Positions 27,931 through 37,304 of a stretch of 64,000 bases of DNA are shown one piece after another (position 1 is the stretch's first letter; every line of letters starts with the position of its first letter). Both the position numbers and the translations under genes were made by a program. The notes beneath the pieces were generated by a model that had not been told where the DNA came from, did not search any database, and was given only the letters and a program-made list of their open reading frames with translations. This DNA comes from a bacterium. GTDB taxonomy: Bacteria; Patescibacteriota; Saccharimonadia; Saccharimonadales; Saccharimonadaceae. The stretch is from assembly GCA_021781475.1 (NCBI GenBank), contig JAJXWT010000001.1, forward strand, positions 17,161 through 81,160, written 5' to 3'.

Positions 27931-29172
27931 ATGAGACGGACTGAGTTATTTACTAAAACGAGCAAAACTGTGCCAGGGGACGAAGTGGCGAAAAATGCGC
28001 AATTATTAATTCGTGCCGGCTTTATCTATAAAGAGATGGCGGGAGTGTACGCATATTTGCCATTAGGCAAGCGTGTGCTTGATAAAATAATTCAGATTAT
28101 TCGTGAAGAGATGGATGCCGTAGGCGGGCAAGAGATAAGTTTAACAGCCTTGCAACAAAAAGATACCTGGGAGGCGAGCGGCCGCTGGAGCGACGATGTC
28201 ATGGATGTGTGGTTTAAAACAAAATTAGCGAATGGCACTGAACTTGGACTTGCTCCTACTCACGAAGAACCTCTTACTCGTCTCATGAGAACATACATTT
28301 CAAGCTATAAAGATCTCCCGGTGTATCCGTACCAATTTCAGATCAAGTTTCGTAATGAGCTTCGGTCCAAAAGCGGTCTGATGCGCGGTCGCGAGTTTTG
28401 GATGAAAGATTTATATTCGTTTTCGCGTAGTCAAGCTGAGCACGAGAAGTATTATAGTGTGATGTCAAATGCGTATGATAGGGTGTTCGCTCGCCTTGGT
28501 ATTGGCGACCGTACCTATAAGACGTTTGCGAGCGGTGGTAGTTTTTCAAGATATAGCCATGAATTCCAGACGGTTAGCGAAGCTGGCGAGGATACCATCT
28601 ACGTACATGAGGCAAAGAAGATTGCTATCAACGAAGAAGTCTATACAGATGAGGTCCTCGCGGACCTTGGTGTTGCTCGGGAAGAGCTGAAGGAACGGAA
28701 GGCAATAGAGGTCGGCAATATCTTTACGCTTGGCACAAAGTTCTCTGATGCTCTCGGACTGCATTATACTGATGAGGTTGGCGAGCAACACGCAGTTTAT
28801 ATGGGTTGCTACGGAATTGGCCCGAGTCGGTTAATGGGGGTAATTGCGGAATTGTTTGCGGATGATAAGGGCCTAGTGTGGCCAGACAACATTGCGCCGT
28901 TTAAGGTGTATTTGGTAAATATTGGCGAACAAGGTACGCGTATGGCCGAAACTTTGTACGCGGCATTGCAAAGTCAAGGAACCGCGGTGTTGTATGACGA
29001 CCGTAATGAGCGCCCCGGCAGTAAGTTCGCCGATGCCGAGCTAATGGGGATCCCATACCGCGTGACGGCAAGTGACCGACTTTTTGGTGAGCAAAAGTAT
29101 GAATTAACAGATAGGAAAAATGGGGCTGTCACTCTATTGACGGCGGATGAGTTACTTGCTAAACTAAGGTAA
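27931..29172 (+). CDS. proS: Proline--tRNA ligase, short form without INS editing domain
   Basis: LLIRAGFI, PTHEE, FRNELR...GLMRGREF, MGCYGIG, anticodon domain DDRNERPG.KFADAEL; 413 aa. Confidence 0.95.
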   Translation: MRRTELFTKTSKTVPGDEVAKNAQLLIRAGFIYKEMAGVYAYLPLGKRVLDKIIQIIREEMDAVGGQEISLTALQQKDTWEASGRWSDDVMDVWFKTKLANGTELGLAPTHEEPLTRLMRTYISSYKDLPVYPYQFQIKFRNELRSKSGLMRGREFWMKDLYSFSRSQAEHEKYYSVMSNAYDRVFARLGIGDRTYKTFASGGSFSRYSHEFQTVSEAGEDTIYVHEAKKIAINEEVYTDEVLADLGVAREELKERKAIEVGNIFTLGTKFSDALGLHYTDEVGEQHAVYMGCYGIGPSRLMGVIAELFADDKGLVWPDNIAPFKVYLVNIGEQGTRMAETLYAALQSQGTAVLYDDRNERPGSKFADAELMGIPYRVTASDRLFGEQKYELTDRKNGAVTLLTADELLAKLR

Positions 29173-29256
29173 CTTTGGAGTACGTTGGAGGGAATTTTTT
29201 TTATAACAAGCCCTAGTAAGCAACAACGATTACATAAAGCAGAGGTTTATAGCATT

Positions 29257-29709
29257 ATGAAGAAAACATATCAAATTACGGCCGCGGGTCGCGACGATCT
29301 GACAAAAGAACTGGCGGAACTTAAAAATCGCCGGGGCGAAATTGCCGACCGTATCGCCGAGGCGCGTGATTATGGCGACCTAAGCGAAAATGCGGAATAC
29401 GACAGCGCGCGCGAAGAGCAGGGCGTGGTAGAAACGCGCATTGCTGAAATTGAAGATATTTTGATGAATGCCGAAGAAATTAAGGCAAAAAGCGGCGGCA
29501 AAGTGCACCTAGGGAGCCACGTCGTGCTCGAAAACGGTACAAAAAAAGAGTATACGATTGTTGGACCGGTCGAAGCCGACCCCATGAACGGCAAGATTAG
29601 TGATGAATCGCCCCTTGGGGTTGCACTTTTAGGTAAAAGTGTGGGTGACAAAGTTACCATTAAAACGCCAAAAGGCGACGTGACTTACACTATTGGCGCG
29701 GTCGCATAA
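29257..29709 (+). CDS. greA: Transcription elongation factor GreA
   Basis: ARDYGDLSENAEYD, KISDESPLG; start set to ATG 29257. Confidence 0.96.
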   Translation: MKKTYQITAAGRDDLTKELAELKNRRGEIADRIAEARDYGDLSENAEYDSAREEQGVVETRIAEIEDILMNAEEIKAKSGGKVHLGSHVVLENGTKKEYTIVGPVEADPMNGKISDESPLGVALLGKSVGDKVTIKTPKGDVTYTIGAVA

Positions 29710-29731
29710 TATATTTGAAGTTTGCCTCTAG

Positions 29732-29757
29732 AAACACCCTATTCGTGAGGGTGTTTT
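29732..29757. terminator. Terminator hairpin after greA, overlapping the 3' end of the convergent ORF
   Basis: AAACACCCT-ATTCGTG-AGGGTGTTTT. Confidence 0.7.
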
Positions 29758-30173
29758 CTCCATATTGATGTGAGATATTGCTCCATGTCTTCAACGGGGT
29801 TGGCCGGAGGGGTGAGGTGGTCGTTTGGCGTGAATGGATGAACGACTTTGTAGTCTTGCATATATTGCCACTGGAGCGCGACAAGCCAAGTACCATATTC
29901 ATCGCGTATAGGGTCGCGAGCAGCAAGCTGTTGTATGAGTTGGGACACTCGCTCAACCTCCCTCGCAATGGCTTCTAAGCCAATATCATCGATAGCGTGT
30001 GGTATGCGAATGGGCTCATGGGCTTGAGCGAACTCACACCAGCCGGGTGTTCCCTCTGGGCTGGGGTTACTTGGGTAGGTGTTTAATGCGGCGATTCCCA
30101 ATTGAGTGATGTGCCCGTGGTAGTCGGTTGTATTATCCTTGGGTTTTATTTCGAACTCAGTCACTGACCACAC
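29739..30173 (-). CDS. Orphan hypothetical protein
   Basis: 144-aa ORF filling the greA-lysS gap; upstream TTGACA-18-TATTGT on the - strand; start may be GTG 30164. Confidence 0.55.
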   Translation of the reverse strand: MWSVTEFEIKPKDNTTDYHGHITQLGIAALNTYPSNPSPEGTPGWCEFAQAHEPIRIPHAIDDIGLEAIAREVERVSQLIQQLAARDPIRDEYGTWLVALQWQYMQDYKVVHPFTPNDHLTPPANPVEDMEQYLTSIWRKHPHE

Positions 30174-30255
30174 AATAAGGCACGTATTATGCGTGTGTCA
30201 AGCCCGGGTTCTGGTGCAGACAATGTACCCTCAATCGTATATAATGGCCTATGAT

Positions 30256-31752
30256 ATGGCTACACTAAAAGACTACCGCAATGAGCGACTTCGAAAGCTG
30301 CAAGAGCTTAAGGATTTGGGCTTTGACCCTTACCCCGCAGAAGCGCACCGCACCCATAGTGCACAAATAGTAATTGACCAATTTGACGCATTGCAGGGGA
30401 GCGTTGTGACGATAGCTGGCCGCATAATGGCGATTCGTAAATTTGGTAAACTTGGTTTTATTGTGGTTCGCGATCAAAGCGGTAGTATTCAGCTGTTTTT
30501 GACAGCTGATCACGTAGCGAGCCTCGAGGCTACAGGCGGCGTGCTTGGCATGGATCAGCTCCCGCTGCTTGATACCGGCGATTTTATTGAGGCAACGGGG
30601 CCGCTGATTAAAACTAAAACTGGCGAAATATCGGTCGATGTGCAGCAGCTTAGGTTACTCACAAAGTCCCTTCGCCCCATGCCAACGGAGCTCACAAGCA
30701 AAGAAGAACGATTGCGCCGTCGCTATGTTGATATGAACGTGAACCTGGATATTCGCGAGCGCTTTGTGCGCCGCAGTAAGTTTTGGCAGGCCACGCGCAC
30801 ATTTTTAAATGACCATGGTTTCGCCGAAATCAATATCCCCGTGCTGGAGCACACGACTGGGGGCGCCGACGCCAACCCGTTTGTGACACACATGGACGCG
30901 CTTGACCAGGATTTTTATTTACGCATCAGCCATGAGCTGCCGCTCAAGCGGCTGCTGGGCGCTGGCTTTGAAAAGGTGTATGACATTGGCCCGCGTTTTA
31001 GGAACGAAAACTATAGCGACGAGCACCTGCCAGAGCATGTGGCCATGGAGTGGTACTGGGCGTATGCAAACTGGCAAGATGGCATGGCATTTATGGAAGA
31101 AATGTATAAATTTGTGCTCAAAGAAACATTCGGCACGCTGCAGTTCCAAGTGAATGGTTTTACGGTTGATTTGGAGAAGCCGTGGGAGCGCTGGGATTAC
31201 GCTGATGTCATCCGACAACATTACGATATTGATGTGTATAATACAACAATAGAACAAGTCGCAACGCAACTCCAAGCCCATGGTCTCGAAGTCGAAAAAG
31301 CCGACAGCATACCCCGTGGAATCGATAAACTATGGAAAAACGTTCGCAAAGACGTGGCGGGTCCGGTGTGGCTTATTAACACGCCAAAGTTTGTGAGCCC
31401 GTTGAGCAAAAGTAACCCCGATGGGCAAAGCGTGCAGCGGTTTCAACCGGTTATTCTCGGGAGCGAACTCGGTAATGGGTTTAGCGAACTGAACGATCCG
31501 CTCGACCAGTACCACCGTTTTGTGGAACAGCAAAAAATGCGCGAAAGTGGCGACGAAGAGGCAATGATGCTTGATATTGATTACGTGGAAATGCTGGAGT
31601 ATGGCATGCCGCCGGCCTGTGGGTGGGGCTACAGTGAGCGAGTCTTTTGGATGTTCGAAGGCGTGACAGCCCGGGAAGGCGTGCCGTTTCCGCAGCTTAG
31701 GCTTGAGTACGACGAAACAACAAAAGAACTTTACCCAGAAGCCAATTTATAA
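30256..31752 (+). CDS. lysS: Lysine--tRNA ligase (class II)
   Basis: MATLKDYRNERLRKL, OB-fold, GGADANPFVTH, YLRISHEL, ELGNGFSELND, MPPACGWG; start set to ATG 30256. Confidence 0.96.
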   Translation: MATLKDYRNERLRKLQELKDLGFDPYPAEAHRTHSAQIVIDQFDALQGSVVTIAGRIMAIRKFGKLGFIVVRDQSGSIQLFLTADHVASLEATGGVLGMDQLPLLDTGDFIEATGPLIKTKTGEISVDVQQLRLLTKSLRPMPTELTSKEERLRRRYVDMNVNLDIRERFVRRSKFWQATRTFLNDHGFAEINIPVLEHTTGGADANPFVTHMDALDQDFYLRISHELPLKRLLGAGFEKVYDIGPRFRNENYSDEHLPEHVAMEWYWAYANWQDGMAFMEEMYKFVLKETFGTLQFQVNGFTVDLEKPWERWDYADVIRQHYDIDVYNTTIEQVATQLQAHGLEVEKADSIPRGIDKLWKNVRKDVAGPVWLINTPKFVSPLSKSNPDGQSVQRFQPVILGSELGNGFSELNDPLDQYHRFVEQQKMRESGDEEAMMLDIDYVEMLEYGMPPACGWGYSERVFWMFEGVTAREGVPFPQLRLEYDETTKELYPEANL

Positions 31753-31793
31753 AAAATCACGCATAATGCAGTGCACTCCGCTACAATAAAACT

Positions 31794-32291
31794 ATGCCAG
31801 GGTATAAAGGCCATATTGCCGGAGGGTTTGTCGCAGCGGCAGCGTCAACGTTGCTCGTCAGCGCATTACCTTATAGGCAGTTTGCAAGTTATGCGAACTT
31901 GCTCCACGGCTGGCAGACGCTCGCCGGGGTATTTGTTGTCGCCATGTTATTTGCACTTTTCCCCGATATCGACATAAAGAGCGAAGGCCAAAAGCTATTC
32001 TATTGGGCGGCGTTTTTGCTTGATGCGGTTTTAGTTTGGGCAAAACAAATGAACGCGGCGGCGTATTTAGGGTTTATCGCCATGCTCCCGCTGCTTAGTA
32101 AACACCGCGGGTGGACCCATAGTGTGTATGCGGCATTTTTGGTCCCTGTGCCAATCATCGTGATTCCGTACTGGTACGACGGCCGCATGTTGCCGCTCAG
32201 TCTTTTGTTCTATGGCGCCGCCGTTGTGGGTTATTTGAGCCACATTGCACTTGACGGCAAATTGCTGGGGCGGTTACGCCAGTTGCTATAA
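31794..32291 (+). CDS. Membrane-bound metal-dependent hydrolase (YdjM-like)
   Basis: GYKGH, LFPDID, HRGWTHS, YLSHIALD. Confidence 0.85.
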   Translation: MPGYKGHIAGGFVAAAASTLLVSALPYRQFASYANLLHGWQTLAGVFVVAMLFALFPDIDIKSEGQKLFYWAAFLLDAVLVWAKQMNAAAYLGFIAMLPLLSKHRGWTHSVYAAFLVPVPIIVIPYWYDGRMLPLSLLFYGAAVVGYLSHIALDGKLLGRLRQLL

Positions 32292-32338
32292 GCATAACCA
32301 CGGGTATATACTAAAGGTATATTAACGTGGAGGTGGCG

Positions 32339-33514
32339 ATGATAAAAAAACTGTTATTTGGTATCAGCACCATGCTTGTGTTAGCGGTTGGTGGGCTGGC
32401 GGTTTCACCACCGGCACACGCAGCGGGAGCTTTTGGGACAAGTGATGCAAATTACGTACCCGCCGGTCACACGGTTGATGGCGCCGCGTATTACTATGGT
32501 AATTCGGTGCGCATCGAAGGCACGGTAAATGGCGATGTCTATTGCGCAGCAAGCGATGTTGTTATTACCGGCACGGTTAATGGTGATATTTACTGCGCGG
32601 GTTCAAGTGTTACGATTGCTGGCAAGGTGAACGGCAACGTGCGTGTCGCGGGCAGTAGTGTGACGTTGCGGGGTGTAATATCGGGGAGCGCAACGGCATT
32701 CGGCTCTAGTATTACCGTTGAAACAACTGCCAAAATTGGTCGCGACGCGGTATTCACGGGCGGCGATGTGCTGATGAACGGATTAGTCGGTCGAGACGTC
32801 GTCATGGTCGCTCAAACTGGCACAATCGACGGAACCGTGGGGCGTGATGTCGAAGGAACGTATGGTAACCTGCGTGTGCCAAGCGACGCAGTGATTGGTG
32901 GCTTTCTACACTACACGAGCGACACAAATGCGACTATTACCGGCACTGTCAAGGGCGGGGTAGTGCGCCACGCGGCGGAGAGCAGTACAACCCCCAATAC
33001 GCAGGTGGATGTAATTGGTGGCGCTGTGCTGTTTATGGCATTGATGGCGTTATGGACGCTACTTGTGGCGCTCGCCTTGGCGCTTGTGCTACCCAAAAAG
33101 ATGTCAGCGGTGACAACGGTTACCACTCAGGGCGCTATCCTGTCAATTGCAATCGGCCTGGCAGCGCTCGTTGCCGTCCCAATACTGGCGGTTGTACTCA
33201 TTTCGAGTGTCATTGCTTTGCCGCTTGGTATTGCAATGCTGGTTGGCTGGATTGCGCTTTGCACCGTAAGCGCGGGCATCACCGCCATTTACCTTGGGCG
33301 AGTTTTGTGGGGTAACCGCCGCGTGCACCCCCTTATTGCAACGACGCTCGCTGCGCTTATACTTGGGGTGTCGTTCGTCATTCCATTCCTAAATATCATT
33401 ACAATTGTTGGGTCGCTTGCCTTTGGAGCGGGTGCGGTGCTGTATGCGCTGCGCAGTGAATATCCGAGTGTAGGTGGCGATGGGCCGCGCGTAAAGCTTG
33501 CGGGAAAGAGGTAA
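32339..33514 (+). CDS. Secreted bactofilin-like beta-helix repeat domain fused to a C-terminal multi-TM domain
   Basis: Signal peptide (AHA-A), about 8 repeats of GxVxGDVxxAGxxVxI, then 5-6 TM helices; SD GGAGG before ATG 32339. Confidence 0.75.
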   Translation: MIKKLLFGISTMLVLAVGGLAVSPPAHAAGAFGTSDANYVPAGHTVDGAAYYYGNSVRIEGTVNGDVYCAASDVVITGTVNGDIYCAGSSVTIAGKVNGNVRVAGSSVTLRGVISGSATAFGSSITVETTAKIGRDAVFTGGDVLMNGLVGRDVVMVAQTGTIDGTVGRDVEGTYGNLRVPSDAVIGGFLHYTSDTNATITGTVKGGVVRHAAESSTTPNTQVDVIGGAVLFMALMALWTLLVALALALVLPKKMSAVTTVTTQGAILSIAIGLAALVAVPILAVVLISSVIALPLGIAMLVGWIALCTVSAGITAIYLGRVLWGNRRVHPLIATTLAALILGVSFVIPFLNIITIVGSLAFGAGAVLYALRSEYPSVGGDGPRVKLAGKR

Positions 33515-33520
33515 CCAAAG

Positions 33521-34288
33521 GTGCCAAAGATTGAAATTGAGAGCCTTACAAAAACGTACGGCAAGAAAAAGAACGCGTTTACCGCGCTGCACAACATTTC
33601 GTTCACGATTCCGGACGGTGTTTCGGTTGCCATTATTGGCAAAAGCGGCAGTGGCAAAAGTACGCTGATGCACGCTATGAGTGGGCTTGATCGGCCCGAA
33701 CAGGGGCGCGTAATTATTGATGGCGAGGACATACTCAAACTGAAGCCGAAGGCAATCGACACCTTTCGTAGTAAAAAAATGGCGTTTATATTCCAGAGTT
33801 TTTTTGTGCAAGGCAACGATACGTGCTACAGCAACGTAAGCATGCCACTTGAAATTTCCCGCGTACCAAAGCGGGCACGGCGAGCACGTATTCTTGCTGC
33901 CCTTGAATCTGTTGAGCTTGGTGATAAAGTTAAGCAAAAAGCACGCAATTTAAGCGGTGGCCAAAAGCAACGCCTTGCTGTGGCGCGGGCGATTGTTAAT
34001 CACCCTCGTGTCCTGTTCGCTGATGAGCCAACCGGTAACCTCGACAGTGTAACAGGGTCGCATATCGAAAGCCTGCTTTTTACCTACGCAAAAGAGCAAA
34101 AAGCGACGCTGATTATCGTGACACACGACGATGATATTGCAAGCCGCTGCGACATGCAAATTCACATTAAAGATGGGCACATTGAGCACATTGATTATGC
34201 CGACATGTTGCCGCCAATTGGGAAGGAGCAAGGCCATAGCGCAAAACTGCGGGGTCAAAAAATACGAATAACGGAGCCAAAGTCATGA
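33521..34288 (+). CDS. ABC exporter ATP-binding subunit (LolD/MacB-like)
   Basis: GKSGSGKS, LSGGQKQR, FADEPTGNLD. Confidence 0.93.
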   Translation: MPKIEIESLTKTYGKKKNAFTALHNISFTIPDGVSVAIIGKSGSGKSTLMHAMSGLDRPEQGRVIIDGEDILKLKPKAIDTFRSKKMAFIFQSFFVQGNDTCYSNVSMPLEISRVPKRARRARILAALESVELGDKVKQKARNLSGGQKQRLAVARAIVNHPRVLFADEPTGNLDSVTGSHIESLLFTYAKEQKATLIIVTHDDDIASRCDMQIHIKDGHIEHIDYADMLPPIGKEQGHSAKLRGQKIRITEPKS

Positions 34289-35637
34289 AGCGTATCGATA
34301 TTATGAAACGTGCGGCGCACAATCTCACGCAGTCTAAGGCGCGCACTGCACTGACAAGTCTTGCAATTGCGGTCGGTGCATTCACGCTAACCCTCAGCCT
34401 AGCCGGTGGCGAAGGCGCACGGCAGTACGCCAATAAGGTGTTGCAATCGAACATTAACCCTCAGGCGATGTTTATTGTCAAAGACCCTAGTTTTTTTGAC
34501 GTAACAACTGGCCCCGCATTGCAGCAATATAGTGCAGATACGACACAGGTGCGGGGGACGACCGTAAAAGTATTGTCTCAGTCTGATATCGACGCGATTC
34601 AAAAAACGGGTGATTTTACCAGTGTGGTGCCTGTATTCAATTTGTCGATGCGGTACCTGACAATCAGCGGCCACAGCACAAAGTATATCGGGCAGGTTGC
34701 CTCGTATGACGACACAATTGTTGGCAGCGCCGCTGCTGGCACCTTGCCAAAATTAGGAGTGAATATTGGTGATAACCAGGCAACAATTCCCGAAGAGTAC
34801 GTGACGACACTTGGGGGCACACCTGCTGATTACATTGGGAAAACCCTTACGCTCACATTTGCGGCTGATCAAGCGAGCCCTAGCGCGGCCCAAATTCAGC
34901 AGGCATTTTTAAGCGGTGGCCAGTCTGCTGTTACCCAGCTTGTCACACCAAAGACAAAGGATTTCACGTTCACGATCGTGGCGGTGACAAAAAAAGGCAC
35001 AACCTCTGTTCAAGCTAACCCGCGAGTAACAATTTCACCAAACGCGGCAAAACAGGTGAACGATTTTGTCACTGCGGGAACCGACAAGTCCGGCAAGTAT
35101 GTCGGAGTGCAGGCCCTTGTAAAGGCGGGCACAAGCAGTGATGCTGTTAAAAAGCAGATTACTAATATGGGCTACGGTGCACGAACGGCCAAAGACCTAC
35201 AGGGAGTTATATTTACATTTGTGAATACGCTCCAAGGCATTGTATTGGGCTTTGGCCTGCTGGCACTGATTGCAAGTATATTTGGCATTGTGAACACTCA
35301 ATACATTAGCGTACTTGAGCGGACAAGCCAGATTGGGCTCATGAAGGCATTAGGTATGAGCCGTAAAAATGTCGCGCGTTTGTTTAGGTACGAGGCGGCC
35401 TGGATCGGTTTCATTGGTGCGGCGCTCGGCGCGGCACTTGGCATTGCGCTTGGTTGGGTGCTTAACCCCATTATTACGAACGCGCTCTCGCTGGGGGATC
35501 AACAGTTACTGATTTTTGTGTGGTGGCAGATTGGCCTTATGATAGCCGCATTGGTGGTTGTGGCGGTGGTTGCCGGTTGGTTCCCGGCGCGCAAGGCCGC
35601 AAAGCTTGATCCAATTGAGGCGTTGCGTACCGAGTAG
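34285..35637 (+). CDS. ABC exporter permease (MacB/FtsX-type)
   Basis: RTALTSLAIAVG, large extracytoplasmic domain, VLERTSQIGLMKALG, PARKAAKLDPIEALR. Confidence 0.92.
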   Translation: MKRIDIMKRAAHNLTQSKARTALTSLAIAVGAFTLTLSLAGGEGARQYANKVLQSNINPQAMFIVKDPSFFDVTTGPALQQYSADTTQVRGTTVKVLSQSDIDAIQKTGDFTSVVPVFNLSMRYLTISGHSTKYIGQVASYDDTIVGSAAAGTLPKLGVNIGDNQATIPEEYVTTLGGTPADYIGKTLTLTFAADQASPSAAQIQQAFLSGGQSAVTQLVTPKTKDFTFTIVAVTKKGTTSVQANPRVTISPNAAKQVNDFVTAGTDKSGKYVGVQALVKAGTSSDAVKKQITNMGYGARTAKDLQGVIFTFVNTLQGIVLGFGLLALIASIFGIVNTQYISVLERTSQIGLMKALGMSRKNVARLFRYEAAWIGFIGAALGAALGIALGWVLNPIITNALSLGDQQLLIFVWWQIGLMIAALVVVAVVAGWFPARKAAKLDPIEALRTE

Positions 35638-35652
35638 CAGGCGCAAGGGTGC

Positions 35653-36264
35653 CTATTTGCACAAATTCAGGCCCGATAAATTAAATTCGCAGTCCCCATA
35701 CCGGTTAAGAATCACAACCTTTTGCACGGTACTAAATTGCAAAAGGGTAGCTTTTAGCTCGCTTTCTGCTTGTCCATCTGAAATTGAACCAATATGGTCA
35801 AAGGGTTTGCAGAATTGCAGCGTAGCGACACCGGCTTGGACGGTTAGTGTAAAGTCGCCATTGCACGTGCTTGTGTCATTGCGCAGTCGGGCGGTTGCAA
35901 AATAGCCGGACTGTTGCTCACTGGCGGTTGGGCCGCGTAATAGCTGGGCAACCGCATACTTTCCTACACTGCTATCTGGCGATGTTCGGTCAACCGGGAA
36001 CACCCTGCCCGGGTCATCATCTGATTCAGGATGTTTAGAAAAGTAGACCTTTACGGCGTGGCTGGTAGTATCTGTGATACCGTTTTGGCGAGTGGTTGGG
36101 GATTGAGTGTCGGGAGTTGCTGGCGGCAATTGGGTTGGGGCTGGTTGGCCGTTGGTGGTACTAGTGCTACATGGTTTTGTGTGTACGCAGTAGTAATAGC
36201 CTGCGAGGCCAGAGGCGCCAGCGATGATAAGTGCGATAATTGTGAGTAAGATGCCCCGTTTCAT
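35653..36264 (-). CDS. Membrane-anchored GerMN-like domain protein
   Basis: N-terminal TM, P/T-rich linker, VKVYF...AVAQLLRGPT...TLLQFSTVQKVVI pattern; start ATG 36264 (alternative 36306). Confidence 0.6.
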   Translation of the reverse strand: MKRGILLTIIALIIAGASGLAGYYYCVHTKPCSTSTTNGQPAPTQLPPATPDTQSPTTRQNGITDTTSHAVKVYFSKHPESDDDPGRVFPVDRTSPDSSVGKYAVAQLLRGPTASEQQSGYFATARLRNDTSTCNGDFTLTVQAGVATLQFCKPFDHIGSISDGQAESELKATLLQFSTVQKVVILNRYGDCEFNLSGLNLCK

Positions 36265-36421
36265 AACTTCTCCCACCTTAGTGTGCGGCAGGCTTGCGTA
36301 TAGCACCTATAACTATTATCACAAAAAACTTGTTTGGTAACTTATATCATACTTTGCCCCCTATGGGTGTGCCATACTGAGCCACAGCTATAAAAGGCAT
36401 AAAGTGCAAAGGAGGCTGCGT

Positions 36422-37270
36422 ATGGTACAACTACCAGACAAACAAGAGCTAAAAATGTTAAAGGCCGCCCACCAACCGCACAGCCTCAGCATGTATATTC
36501 GGTTCGACGACCCCACGTCACCGAGTGGTCCCGGGCGCATCCAGTTTAAAAACGCGCTCCAAGCGACAGAAGCGCAACTCCATGCTGACGGCGTGAGTAA
36601 AAAAGACATTGATGCAACATTGCATACTGCACGACAGCTTATTGACAAGCCCGAAATATGGATGCCGAATCATGGCGGTTTAGTGCTGTTTGCAAATTTG
36701 GATACGCTGCGCTACTTTTTTGTTCCCAACCAGGCTGTCGAGCCCATGGTATATGTTGGGGATAATTTTATTACAGAGCCGCTCGAGCGTATAGTGCGTA
36801 ATAATCGCACCTATTACGTACTCGCGCTCAGCCACAAAAATGTCCAAGTGTTCAGGGGCGATCGCTACACAATCGAGTCCCTCCAGCTTGATCATTTCGC
36901 AAACAACATGGAAGATTCGTTGCTGCTTGACGAGCCGTATAAGGGGCGTGGCCTCCACCCTGTGGCGCCTGCTTCGATGGGTAAACAATCACAAGTGCAG
37001 CATGGACAATATGAGGTATCACAGGAGCAAAAACAGATGCTTCAAGAGTTTTTTCGCAATATTGACCGCCGATTAAAAAAAGTGTTCAATGGGCAAGCAA
37101 CACCCCTTGTCGTTGGAGGCGTTGACTACTTAGTGGCCATGTACCGCAAGGTGAATACATACGGCGGCTTGGCGCAGCAGGCGATTACAGGCAACCTACA
37201 GGCGGTACAGCCAGACCAGATTCGACAACAGGCGTGGCGGATCGTACGCCATATGCAGCACGCTAGGTGA
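36422..37270 (+). CDS. Bacterial archaeo-eukaryotic release factor homologue (baeRF3/7-like), C-terminally short
   Basis: SLSMYI...RIQFKNAL, VGDNFITEPL, YYVLALSHKNVQVFRG, PLVVGGV...YRKVNTY; SD GGAGG before ATG 36422. Confidence 0.72.
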   Translation: MVQLPDKQELKMLKAAHQPHSLSMYIRFDDPTSPSGPGRIQFKNALQATEAQLHADGVSKKDIDATLHTARQLIDKPEIWMPNHGGLVLFANLDTLRYFFVPNQAVEPMVYVGDNFITEPLERIVRNNRTYYVLALSHKNVQVFRGDRYTIESLQLDHFANNMEDSLLLDEPYKGRGLHPVAPASMGKQSQVQHGQYEVSQEQKQMLQEFFRNIDRRLKKVFNGQATPLVVGGVDYLVAMYRKVNTYGGLAQQAITGNLQAVQPDQIRQQAWRIVRHMQHAR

Positions 37271-37304
37271 CGGGTGGCAGTGCAGCTGCTATACTGTTAC
37301 TGTT

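Noticed and set aside
33289-33937. Two long - strand ORFs (175 and 182 aa)
   Set aside because: Antisense to the well-supported ABC ATPase and the beta-helix gene; no motifs.
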